Of a DNA stretch of 35,216 nt, positions 1 through 8,558 are shown piece by piece. The translations under genes and the position numbers were made by a program. The stretch is from the NCBI GenBank assembly GCA_031285245.1, contig JAITWN010000123.1, positions 1 through 35,216 on the forward strand, in the 5' to 3' direction. Positions within the stretch are counted from its first letter, which is position 1. Each line of letters starts with the position of its first letter. A model generated the notes under the pieces. It had not been told where the DNA came from. It did not search any database and worked only from the letters and a program-made list of their open reading frames with translations. Source of the stretch: Chromatiales bacterium (lineage in GTDB: Bacteria > Pseudomonadota > Gammaproteobacteria > SZUA-140).

Positions 1-1
1 G

Positions 2-2251
2 GCGGTGATCGGGCGCACGCTGGAAGCGCAGGGCTTTCGTGTCGGCATCATCGCGCAGCCTGATTGGCGCAGTGCGGAGGCGTTCACGGTGCTCGGGCGT
101 CCTAATCTTTTCTTCGGCGTGACCGGTGGCAACATGGATTCCATGGTCAACCGCTACACGTCGGATCGTCGTATTCGCAGCAACGATGCTTATACGCCTG
201 GTGGCGAAGCAGGGCGGCGACCTGATCGCACGGTCATCGTGTATGCGCAGCGCTGCCGTGAAGCCTATGGTGATGTGCCGATCATCGTCGGTGGCATCGA
301 GGCCAGCCTGCGCCGTATCGCGCATTACGATTACTGGTCGGATCAGGTGCGCCGTTCGGTGCTGCTCGATGCGCGTGCTGATCTACTGGTATATGGCAAT
401 GCCGAGCGTCAGGTGCTCGAGATCGCGCATCGCTTGGCCGCGCGTGAGCTGATAACCGCATTGACCGATATTCGCGGCACCGCCTTCGTGCGTAGTGCTG
501 TGCCGGTAGAGTGGATCGAGCTTGATTCGACGCATATCGATATGCCCGGGCCGGTTACGCCGCCGGTTGATCCTTATGCGATGTCAGCAGCGCCGGCATC
601 CTGCGCTGCTGAGAAGAGCGAAACCACGACCGCGGTGCGCGTGGTGCGTATGCAGCGCCACATTGCAAGTCATGATCGCGAGTGCACCGTCGTGCGTCTG
701 CCGGCGTTTGATGCAGTGCGTCATGATCGCGTGCTCTATGCCCACGCTTCGCGCGTCATGCATATGGAGACCAATCCCGGCAATGCCCGCGCGCTGGTGC
801 AGCGTCATGGTGATCGCGAAGTGTGGATCAATCCGCCGCCGATTCCGCTTGCTACGCAAGAGATGGATGCGGTGTTCGATCTGCCATTTCAGCGCTTGCC
901 GCATCCGACGTATGGCGCGGCGAACATTCCCGCGTATGAGATGATTCGTTTTTCGGTCAACATCATGCGCGGCTGTTTCGGTGGCTGCACGTTCTGCTCG
1001 ATCACTGAACATGAAGGACGCATCATCCAGAGCCGTTCGCAGGCGTCGATCCTGCGTGAGATCGAAACCATCCGCGATACGGTGCCGGGTTTTACCGGCG
1101 TGATTTCCGATCTCGGCGGGCCGACGGCGAACATGTATCGCATCGCCTGCAAGAGCAGGGAAGTCGAAGCGGCCTGTCGGCGTCTATCCTGTGTTTATCC
1201 TGATATCTGCTCGAATCTCAATACTGATCATTCCGCGCTCATCGCGCTCTATCGCAAGGCGCGCGCGTTGCCCGGTGTGAAGAAAGTGTTGGTGGCTTCG
1301 GGGCTACGTTATGACCTCGCGGTGCGTTCGCCGGAATACGTCAAAGAGTTGGTGACGCATCACGTCGGCGGTTATCTGAAGATCGCGCCTGAGCACACCG
1401 AGTCAGGCCCGCTGTCGAAGATGATGAAACCGGGCATGGGAGCCTATGACCGCTTCAAGACGCTGTTCGATAAATATTCGAAAGAGGCGGGGAAGGAGCA
1501 ATATCTGATTCCCTATTTCATCGCGGCTCATCCGGGTACGCGCGATGAAGATATGCTTGAGCTCGCGCTTTGGCTCAAGCGCAATGATCTGCGCGCGGAT
1601 CAGGTGCAGACTTTCCTGCCTTCGCCGATGGCGCTTGCGACCACGATGTATCACAGCGAGAAAAATCCGCTGCGCAAAGTGGCGCGTGACAGTGAGGAGG
1701 TTGAGATCCCGAAGGGATTGAAAGTGCGCCGCTTGCACAAGGCGTTTCTGCGCTATCACGATCCGGAGAATTGGCCGCTCTTGCGCGCGGCGTTGCAGCG
1801 CATGGGCCGGGAAGATTTGATCGGCAATGGCAAACGCCATCTCATTCCGTCCTGGCAGCCAGCGGGCACGGGCAAGCCCGTTGACTCACGGTCAGCGGAA
1901 AAAGCCGGGAAAAAGCCTTTTCTGACGCAGCACACCGGCCTGCCGCCGCTGCCGCGTGGTGCAACGCGTGCAAAACCAAATGACGGCGAAGCGCGTTCAA
2001 CGCGAGGACGTGACGAAGGTCGTGTTGGTACTGGCGCAGTATCCCGAGGCACATCGGCGCGCTCGTCTTTTGGCGGTGCGAAGAAGTCCCAAGGCCAGAG
2101 TCGCGATCAGAACCGGAACCAGAATCAGAAGCGCGATGGCAGTGTGCTACGTGCTGAAGATCGGGCGCGTGGGCGCGCTCAAGATCGTCCCCAGAATCGT
2201 CCCCAAAGTCGCACTCAAAGCCGTGTAAAGACGCGAGGCGGCCGTGGCTGA
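2..2251 (+). CDS. ygiQ: YgiQ-family (UPF0313) radical SAM protein, 5'-truncated by the window edge, with a basic low-complexity C-terminal tail
   Basis: ORF 5..2251 is open to the window start, so it is 5' partial. '[12 protein letters not shown]' N-terminal region and radical-SAM CX3CX2C box 'CFGGCTFC' are typical of YgiQ. The last ~125 aa are R/K/Q/S/G-rich. Confidence 0.9.
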   Translation, partial: AVIGRTLEAQGFRVGIIAQPDWRSAEAFTVLGRPNLFFGVTGGNMDSMVNRYTSDRRIRSNDAYTPGGEAGRRPDRTVIVYAQRCREAYGDVPIIVGGIEASLRRIAHYDYWSDQVRRSVLLDARADLLVYGNAERQVLEIAHRLAARELITALTDIRGTAFVRSAVPVEWIELDSTHIDMPGPVTPPVDPYAMSAAPASCAAEKSETTTAVRVVRMQRHIASHDRECTVVRLPAFDAVRHDRVLYAHASRVMHMETNPGNARALVQRHGDREVWINPPPIPLATQEMDAVFDLPFQRLPHPTYGAANIPAYEMIRFSVNIMRGCFGGCTFCSITEHEGRIIQSRSQASILREIETIRDTVPGFTGVISDLGGPTANMYRIACKSREVEAACRRLSCVYPDICSNLNTDHSALIALYRKARALPGVKKVLVASGLRYDLAVRSPEYVKELVTHHVGGYLKIAPEHTESGPLSKMMKPGMGAYDRFKTLFDKYSKEAGKEQYLIPYFIAAHPGTRDEDMLELALWLKRNDLRADQVQTFLPSPMALATTMYHSEKNPLRKVARDSEEVEIPKGLKVRRLHKAFLRYHDPENWPLLRAALQRMGREDLIGNGKRHLIPSWQPAGTGKPVDSRSAEKAGKKPFLTQHTGLPPLPRGATRAKPNDGEARSTRGRDEGRVGTGAVSRGTSARSSFGGAKKSQGQSRDQNRNQNQKRDGSVLRAEDRARGRAQDRPQNRPQSRTQSRVKTRGGRG

Positions 2252-2675
2252 TCTGCATCCACGGCTGCGTGACGATACGGTGGAAATCGGTAGCCTGTCG
2301 CTATGCCGGTTGCTGCTGATGAAGGACGCCAATTATCCCTGGTTCATTCTGGTGCCGGATCGCGATGGCATCACCGAGATCTATCAACTGAGCGCTGCTG
2401 AGCAGATTCAACTGCTGCGGGAATCTTCACTGCTCGCGCGCGCGATGGCCGAACATTTCCAGCCTGACAAACTCAACATCGCCGCGCTCGGCAATATCGT
2501 TCCGCAGTTGCATGTTCATCATATTGCGCGTTCACGCCGTGATTCGGCGTGGCCAGCGCCGGTGTGGGGCAGGGCAGCGCCGGCGCCTTATCGGGACGCT
2601 GCGCTCAGAGCCATGATCGAGTTTGCAAACGGTGTGCTTGCGATGGCACCGGATGTGTTGAGTGAAAAAATCTGA
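2244..2675 (+). CDS. HIT (histidine triad) family protein
   Basis: 143 aa with '[10 protein letters not shown]' and the triad-like 'QLHVHHIAR'. The GTG start overlaps the ygiQ stop by 8 nt. Confidence 0.8.
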   Translation: MADLHPRLRDDTVEIGSLSLCRLLLMKDANYPWFILVPDRDGITEIYQLSAAEQIQLLRESSLLARAMAEHFQPDKLNIAALGNIVPQLHVHHIARSRRDSAWPAPVWGRAAPAPYRDAALRAMIEFANGVLAMAPDVLSEKI

Positions 2676-2680
2676 TCCTC

Positions 2681-2741
2681 GTCATTGCGGGGCGTTAGCC
2701 CCATGGCAATCCATGGCAGCGACATGTCGCCTCGCAATGAC
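2681..2741. terminator. Nested inverted repeats between convergent HIT and cNMP-binding genes; possible bidirectional terminator or structured RNA
   Basis: Outer arms gtcattgcg (2681-2689) / cgcaatgac (2733-2741). They enclose hairpin ggggc-gtta-gcccc (2689-2702), direct repeat ccatggca x2, and the perfect 12-bp palindrome gcgacatgtcgc (2719-2730). No canonical U-tract lies immediately after the stem. Confidence 0.3.
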
Positions 2742-2770
2742 AGGAAGTTTTTCAGCGGATTTGGTAGCGG

Positions 2771-3253
2771 TCAGTAGCGGCCGCGAACCTTCGAGACGTA
2801 ATTCACGAGTTCCTGACTTTCGAGATTCATGCGCATCAGGTTGGTGTGCGTGATGCGAAACAGCGCGCGCATGATTTTGTAAACGATGCGCGGGTGAGCA
2901 TCGAGCATGGCTTCGAAAGCGTCGGGCTTGAGCATGTAGACCGTAGTGTGGCCAATGGCGCGTAGCGTGGCCTTGCGTGGCGTGCGGTCGACGAAGGCGC
3001 GCGTGCCGGCGCATTCGCCGATCTTCATGGTGTAGACCACGAGCTCTTGTCCGAGCACCGTGCCGGTGACCGCCAATTTGCCTTCGATCAGCACGAACAA
3101 GGTATTGTCGGCTTCGTTTTCCTTGACCAGCAGTTCGCCGTCTTCCAGATGGCGCATGCTCATCACGTCAGCAAGGATGCGGCACTCATCAGGCTCCAGC
3201 TCGACTCCCAATGATGACTGGCAGATGCTTTTGTAATCCGGCTTTTCGCTCAT
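2771..3253 (-). CDS. Stand-alone cyclic-nucleotide-binding (CAP/Crp effector-domain type) protein with no output domain
   Basis: 160 aa. Beta-roll motifs 'FVLIEGKLAV' and a phosphate-binding-cassette-like 'GECAGTRAFVDRTPRKATLRA'. Confidence 0.8.
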   Translation of the reverse strand: MSEKPDYKSICQSSLGVELEPDECRILADVMSMRHLEDGELLVKENEADNTLFVLIEGKLAVTGTVLGQELVVYTMKIGECAGTRAFVDRTPRKATLRAIGHTTVYMLKPDAFEAMLDAHPRIVYKIMRALFRITHTNLMRMNLESQELVNYVSKVRGRY

Positions 3254-3344
3254 GCTGATCTCTCCACGCTCGACCGCGTCCAGGGCTTAAGGTTTGCGAT
3301 TTTAATGCACGAACGATGCCGAATGTAAGTCCGCGCAGCTTATT

Positions 3345-3821
3345 TCACCTGTGTTCGAACAGCGCCGCGTACTGACCATAGCCTTCGCGCTCGAGATCTG
3401 CACACGGGATGAAGCGCAGGGCGGCAGAGTTCATGCAGTAGCGCAGGCCGGTTGGCGTCGGCGCGTCGCTGAATACATGTCCGAGGTGGGAGTCGCCGTG
3501 CCGGCTGCGCACTTCGGTGCGTTTCATGAACAAGCGATTGTCGCTGCGTTCGATCAGATTGCCTGGTTCCAGCGGCGCTGCGAAGCTCGGCCAGCCGGTG
3601 CCGGAGTCGAACTTGTCGAGCGACGAAAAGAGTGGTTCGCCGCTCACCACATCGACGTAAATGCCGTCGCGTTTTTCATCCCAGTAGGCATTGTCGAAGG
3701 GCGCTTCGGTGCCTTCGCACTGGGTGATGTCGTACTGGAGTGGCGACAGGGAGCGGCGTAGCTGCGCCTCATCCGGCTTGCGGTATGCGGTGATGGTGGG
3801 TTCTTCTTTGTCGCTGCTCAT
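3345..3821 (-). CDS. msrB: Peptide-methionine (R)-S-oxide reductase MsrB, zinc-less form
   Basis: 'GTGWPSF', 'HLGHVFSD' and catalytic 'RYCMNSAAL'. Both CxxC zinc motifs present in E. coli MsrB are absent ('[11 protein letters not shown]', '[14 protein letters not shown]'). Confidence 0.93.
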   Translation of the reverse strand: MSSDKEEPTITAYRKPDEAQLRRSLSPLQYDITQCEGTEAPFDNAYWDEKRDGIYVDVVSGEPLFSSLDKFDSGTGWPSFAAPLEPGNLIERSDNRLFMKRTEVRSRHGDSHLGHVFSDAPTPTGLRYCMNSAALRFIPCADLEREGYGQYAALFEHR

Positions 3822-3878
3822 GGATGCTCCTGCCGGTGGCCCTGGTTGTTTTTTTATGGCTGACTTTCGCTTGTTTTT

Positions 3879-4826
3879 TTAGTGCGTGGGTGGGTTGGTG
3901 CCGCTCAGCACCGCAGCGCAGGCGAGGACGAATAGAAACAGCGCGGCATCGATGCGCAGCACCCGCTGAAAGTGCGCGAGTGGCGCATCGGCCATTGGCG
4001 ACAACTGCGGCGGACGCGCCCAGGCGCGCACGCGAGGCACGGCGCGCGTGCGATTGTTCAAACCGATCATCATCATGCCGGCAACGAAACACAGCTTCAG
4101 CAGCAGAATCTGGCCGTAAGTGCTGGTCCACAGTGCGGGCAGATTGCCGAGCAGATGCCAGGCGTTATAGATCCCAGTTGCGAGTACGGTGAAGAGCGCG
4201 AGTGCAGCGAGAAGGGAAAGTCGCTGCGCTGATTCGGCGCTGTGCGCAGGCGCAGCCTGGCCGCGACGCATGCCGGGCGCGACGGCGAAGGCATAAACCA
4301 GCACCGTACCGCCCCACAAACAGCCTGCGCTGATGTGCAGTGTGTTGGAAACGGCGAGTGCATCAAAGCCGTTGTCACCGGCATGGCCAGTCGCAGAAAC
4401 GACAAGAGCGAGCAGTACTGCGAGCGCGCCAGTGGCAAGTGCAACCGGCGTACTCGCGCGTTGCCACAGCCAGGCTAGCGCCAGCAGCAACACGGCGGCC
4501 ATGCGTGTCAGCCACCAAGTGCCAAAGCGCGTGCCGCTCAGCACTTGCGGCAATTCCGGCCAGGCCGCGGTCAGCGGCAGCTCGGTGAGGGCAGAGGCGC
4601 GCAGCAGCAGATCCGCGGCGCCACTGAGCAGGGAAAGCGCGATGCCGCACCAGAACCAGCGGCTGAGCCGGTTGGCTTGCCAGTGCGTTCCGCGTTGATT
4701 GGACCCTATGCCGGGGGGCTGCAATCCGAGCCAGGCGGCAGCGACGCCGATAAGCAGGGCGAGACCGAGCAGACCTGCCACGCTCGCCGCGGTGCTGAGA
4801 TTCACGCTGGCATCCACAAGCATCAC
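3879..4826 (-). CDS. copD: CopD-family copper resistance membrane protein
   Basis: 315-aa polytopic membrane protein immediately downstream of copC. The start (GTG 4826 or ATG 4823) overlaps the copC stop (GTGATG), which implies translational coupling. Confidence 0.85.
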   Translation of the reverse strand: MMLVDASVNLSTAASVAGLLGLALLIGVAAAWLGLQPPGIGSNQRGTHWQANRLSRWFWCGIALSLLSGAADLLLRASALTELPLTAAWPELPQVLSGTRFGTWWLTRMAAVLLLALAWLWQRASTPVALATGALAVLLALVVSATGHAGDNGFDALAVSNTLHISAGCLWGGTVLVYAFAVAPGMRRGQAAPAHSAESAQRLSLLAALALFTVLATGIYNAWHLLGNLPALWTSTYGQILLLKLCFVAGMMMIGLNNRTRAVPRVRAWARPPQLSPMADAPLAHFQRVLRIDAALFLFVLACAAVLSGTNPPTH

Positions 4827-5185
4827 TTCACGCTGAAGCTGTAGTCACCGCGCATGCGGTGGCCATCATCTGAAATCACGTTCCAGTGCACTTCATAAGT
4901 GCCGGCGCCAAGGCCCTCGATGAGCTTGGTGCTGAGCTCGCGCTGATCTTCGCTCGTGCTGGTGTCGCCGTCATGAACGAATTTGCCTTCGCTATTGGTG
5001 ACTTTGATGTGGCTGAACTTGGGCTCGATGCGGTTCGAAAACGACAGCGTGATGTTGCCGGGCGCGCTTTCCAGTACCGCATTTTCTTTCGGCGCTGCGC
5101 GCTCAAGGTGAGTGTGCGCCATGGCTGCGAGCGGCGAGAGTAGAAACAGCAGCAGGAATGCCAATGGCTTGATGCGAATGATCAT
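4823..5185 (-). CDS. copC: CopC-family periplasmic copper-binding protein
   Basis: 120 aa. Signal peptide '...LSPLAAMA', then mature N-terminus 'HTHLERAAP' (His-x-His Cu(II) site) and C-terminal 'DGHRMRGDYSFSV', typical of CopC/YobA. Confidence 0.9.
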   Translation of the reverse strand: MIIRIKPLAFLLLFLLSPLAAMAHTHLERAAPKENAVLESAPGNITLSFSNRIEPKFSHIKVTNSEGKFVHDGDTSTSEDQRELSTKLIEGLGAGTYEVHWNVISDDGHRMRGDYSFSVK

Positions 5186-5264
5186 GTCTTCCTCTTTTAG
5201 GATGCGTTGTTGTGATGGTGAAGTTTTTGCGCTGATCTCATCGTGCTCGGTTTTATGCGCTGGG

Positions 5265-5777
5265 TTAGAGCCCGATGCCTATGCCGAGGCCGAAGTTGAA
5301 ATTCGAATTGCGCCGGCTCGCGCCGCCCTGCGGCCAGAGATGAATCCGGGCGGCTGCGGTGCTGAGTATCGGATAGACGTAGCGAGCGTTGCCGATCTCT
5401 CCTTCGCGCGTGCCGCTCAGCGTGCCAGCAACGGTGATGAGGCGGCCAGGCGCGAAATCGATGGTTTCAAGGAAATCATTGGTTGTCACCATGAAGCGTC
5501 CGAGTGGCGAGCGATCGAGATCGGGCGATTGATCGCGACCCAGCGGGTAAGCGAGGACTTCGATCTCGCTGCCTTGATCGAGATTGGTGGAGGCGACGAT
5601 CAAGCCGCCCCAAAGTAGCCCGCGTCCCTGCATCGTTTGTTCGGCGTGCACGGCATCACGCGGCGCGATGCTGGAATCATAGCTGTCACGATCAAAGCGC
5701 GGACTGTTACTGACGCAGGCGCACAGCACTGCGCCGATGCAGGCGAAGACAAGCGATGGCGTTAGTGTTCTCAGCAC
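5265..5777 (-). CDS. slp: Slp-family outer-membrane lipoprotein (paralog 1)
   Basis: Lipobox 'AVLCAC'; 'LLWGGLIV', 'GRFMV' and 'GNARYVYPIL' resemble E. coli Slp. The start lies 4 nt after the stop of the upstream paralog. Confidence 0.85.
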   Translation of the reverse strand: MLRTLTPSLVFACIGAVLCACVSNSPRFDRDSYDSSIAPRDAVHAEQTMQGRGLLWGGLIVASTNLDQGSEIEVLAYPLGRDQSPDLDRSPLGRFMVTTNDFLETIDFAPGRLITVAGTLSGTREGEIGNARYVYPILSTAAARIHLWPQGGASRRNSNFNFGLGIGIGL

Positions 5778-5781
5778 GTTC

Positions 5782-6381
5782 TCACCTCAATGCGCTAGGG
5801 CGCCTCGGCGTCGGGTCAGGGCGCATCATGGGGGGCCGCTGATACCATCCCCACGGGTAGTAACCCCAGGGATAATAAGCGGGGCCATAAAAATTATGGC
5901 GATACCCTGGCATGGCCGGTGGCACATTGGTGTTGCTGAAGTTGCGCCACAACTGATGCTGACTCACATGCACTACCGGGTAAATGTAGGGGCGCTTGCC
6001 GATCTGCCCGTCGATCTGACCATCGATGGTGCCGAATACCGTGATATCGCGGCCTTCGAAATAGATTGCTGGATCAAGAAAGCCATCGAAGGTGGCGATG
6101 AAGCGACCGAAGCTGCGGTCTTCTTCGCTCGGGCGTCCGCCCCGGTTCAGCGGGCGGGAAAGGATTTCCACGCGCGCGAGATCATCATCGTTTTCGATCG
6201 AGATGATGGTGCCACCCCAGCGCACGCTCGCGCCGACGTGGCCGATGATGTCGGTGCGCGCTTCAGCGATGGAGAGATCGTGAGCTGGTGCGCTTGCGAT
6301 ATCACGCGCAACATTGCTCGCGCATGCCGCTGCCAGCAAGGGCAGAGTGATGATGAAGAGAGTTTTCGATAAGGCATTCAT
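5782..6381 (-). CDS. slp: Slp-family outer-membrane lipoprotein (paralog 2) with an aromatic/Pro-rich C-terminal tail
   Basis: Start placed at internal ATG 6381 ('MNALSKTLFIITLPLLAAAC', lipobox LAAAC) rather than ORF start 6447. 'VRWGGTIISI', 'GRFIATFDGFLDP' and 'KRPYIYPVV' match Slp. The tail is 'YGPAYYPWGYYPWGWYQRPP'. Confidence 0.8.
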   Translation of the reverse strand: MNALSKTLFIITLPLLAAACASNVARDIASAPAHDLSIAEARTDIIGHVGASVRWGGTIISIENDDDLARVEILSRPLNRGGRPSEEDRSFGRFIATFDGFLDPAIYFEGRDITVFGTIDGQIDGQIGKRPYIYPVVHVSQHQLWRNFSNTNVPPAMPGYRHNFYGPAYYPWGYYPWGWYQRPPMMRPDPTPRRPSALR

Positions 6382-6537
6382 GATCGCGTTGACCTCGATT
6401 GCCTGAGTGGGTTTGCTGCTGCAAAGAGACTGTTCAGAATAGCTCAAGCTGAAATTTCCGAAAACGATTTGTAAGGCTGCTCGTCTGATCCTTGTTTGAT
6501 TCAGCGCGCATTTGAAACGATAGATTGCGGATATTCC

Positions 6538-6566
6538 TTGTGCCGAGTCTGCGACTTACGTAGAAT
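6538..6566 (+). promoter_or_regulatory. Candidate sigma70 promoter for rhlE
   Basis: TTGTGC (6538-6543), 17-nt spacer, TAGAAT (6561-6566). It lies ~140 nt upstream of the rhlE ATG, which would give a long 5' UTR. Confidence 0.35.
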
Positions 6567-6708
6567 ACGCGCCTTGTCGCGCGGTTTCCCGGTCTTCCGC
6601 GTGATTTTCGTGGTGATCCCGCCTCGAACACCCTAAGCGTTATGAATCCCGCCTAGATGACCGGTCTTCGCCAACGGCGTCGACCTAGGCCAACAGGAGC
6701 CATCCTTC

Positions 6709-8478
6709 ATGTCTTTTTCCAGCCTCGGCCTGTCGGCCGAATTGCTGCGTGCTGTAACGGATCAAGGTTACAGCGAACCCACGCCCGTCCAGAGTCAAGC
6801 TATCCCGGTGATTCTCGAAGGTCGCGATGTACTTGCCGGCGCGCAGACCGGTACCGGTAAAACCGCAGGATTTACTTTGCCGCTGCTGCAACGGCTAGCT
6901 GAGCGTCGCCCCGAAGGGCGTCAGCGTCCGGTGCGTGGCCTCGTGCTCACGCCGACACGCGAACTCGCCGCGCAGGTGCGCGAGAGCGTGATCGCTTACG
7001 GCAAGCATCTGCCGCTCAAATCAGCAGCTATTTTTGGCGGCGTTGGTTTTCGTCCGCAGGTCGATGCGCTGCGTCGTGGCGTCGACATTCTGGTGGCAAC
7101 GCCAGGGCGTTTGATCGATCACGTCGATCAGCGAACGCTTGATCTGTCGAAGGTCGAAATCCTGGTGCTCGATGAAGCCGATCGCATGCTCGACATGGGC
7201 TTCATTCACGCCATTCGCAAGATCATCTCGCTGCTGCCGCAGGCGCGCCAGAATCTGCTGTTCTCGGCGACGTTCTCCGATGAAATCAAGTCGCTCGCCA
7301 GCACCATTTTGAAAAATCCGGCGCACATCGAAGTCGCGCGTCGTAATGCTACTGCCGAGCGTGTTTCGCACGCCGTGCATCCTGTCGATCGTGATCGCAA
7401 GCGCGAACTGCTCTCGCACATGATCGGCGCGAACAACTGGCAGCAAGTATTGGTCTTTACGCGTACCAAGCACGGCGCGGATCGTCTCGCCGATCAGCTT
7501 GAGCGCGATGGTTTGAGCACTGCTGCCATTCACGGCAACAAGAGCCAGGGTGCACGCACCCGAGCGCTGTCGGATTTTAAGCGTGGTTCAGTGCGCGTGC
7601 TGGTGGCGACCGATATCGCCGCGCGCGGTATCGATATCGATCAACTGCCGTACGTCGTCAATTATGAGTTGCCGCATGTGCCCGAGGATTACGTGCATCG
7701 CATCGGTCGCACGGGTCGCGCTGGTATGGAAGGCAATGCGGTGTCACTGGTGAGTGCGGACGAACGCAAGCAGCTGCGCGACATCGAGCGTCTGCTCAAG
7801 CAGGAGCTGCCGAAGTCGGTGATGCCGGGCTATGAGCCGAGCTTTGCGCTGAATGGCCGTGAAGAAGGCGGCCATCGTTCATCGCGCGGTGCATCGGGTC
7901 GTCCGGGTGGTCGTTTCTCTGATCGCTCTGGTGATCGTTCAGGCCAGCGCTCTGGTGAGCGCTCTGGTTCTGGTGATCGTTTCCATCGCGGTGGTGAAGG
8001 CCGCAGCGAAGGTCGCCCTGAAGGTCGTAGCGGTGAAGGCCGTGGACGTCCGGGCGGCTATGCCGGCGCAGCGCGCGGCGAACGTGGCAACGATCAGCGC
8101 GGTAATGAACAGCGCAGCAGTCGTGCGCCGCGTGAGGGTCAGCGTGAAGGCGGTTATCGCGGCCAACGTGATGGCCAGTCGCGTGATGGCCAGCGCAGCG
8201 GTCAGCCGGGCCAACGTGCTGGCAGCGGTTATGCCGGCCCGTCAGAGCGTCAGCATCGCCAATCATCAGATCGTTCTTCTGATCGTCCGTTCTCTGATCG
8301 CCAGACGGGAGAGCCGCGTCGCGAGCGTTCCGGTGAACAGCGTGGCGCTTTGCGCGGTGGTCGTGATCATCGCGGCGGTAGTGCCGGTGCAGGCGGCAAT
8401 CGCAGTGCAGGCTCTGCTAACCGTGGTGCGGGCAACCGTCCGCCGCGGCGCCAGGGCAGCGGCCAGAGCGCTGCGTGA
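6709..8478 (+). CDS. rhlE: DEAD-box ATP-dependent RNA helicase RhlE with a ~210-aa RG/SG-rich C-terminal extension
   Basis: Q-motif 'YSEPTPVQ', Walker A 'AQTGTGKT', '[13 protein letters not shown]', 'SAT' and '[10 protein letters not shown]'. The tail from about aa 380 is made of [15 protein letters not shown] repeats. Confidence 0.93.
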   Translation: MSFSSLGLSAELLRAVTDQGYSEPTPVQSQAIPVILEGRDVLAGAQTGTGKTAGFTLPLLQRLAERRPEGRQRPVRGLVLTPTRELAAQVRESVIAYGKHLPLKSAAIFGGVGFRPQVDALRRGVDILVATPGRLIDHVDQRTLDLSKVEILVLDEADRMLDMGFIHAIRKIISLLPQARQNLLFSATFSDEIKSLASTILKNPAHIEVARRNATAERVSHAVHPVDRDRKRELLSHMIGANNWQQVLVFTRTKHGADRLADQLERDGLSTAAIHGNKSQGARTRALSDFKRGSVRVLVATDIAARGIDIDQLPYVVNYELPHVPEDYVHRIGRTGRAGMEGNAVSLVSADERKQLRDIERLLKQELPKSVMPGYEPSFALNGREEGGHRSSRGASGRPGGRFSDRSGDRSGQRSGERSGSGDRFHRGGEGRSEGRPEGRSGEGRGRPGGYAGAARGERGNDQRGNEQRSSRAPREGQREGGYRGQRDGQSRDGQRSGQPGQRAGSGYAGPSERQHRQSSDRSSDRPFSDRQTGEPRRERSGEQRGALRGGRDHRGGSAGAGGNRSAGSANRGAGNRPPRRQGSGQSAA

Positions 8479-8493
8479 TAAAGTAGCGAACCG

Positions 8494-8530
8494 GGCCGGC
8501 GCTCTCGACTTGAGAGCGCCGGCCTTTTAC
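8494..8530 (+). terminator. Rho-independent terminator after rhlE
   Basis: Perfect 13-bp stem ggccggcgctctc (8494-8506) / gagagcgccggcc (8512-8524), 5-nt loop, then TTTTAC. Confidence 0.75.
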
Positions 8531-8558
8531 CTTTCAAACAACGTGTCGGTACACACTC

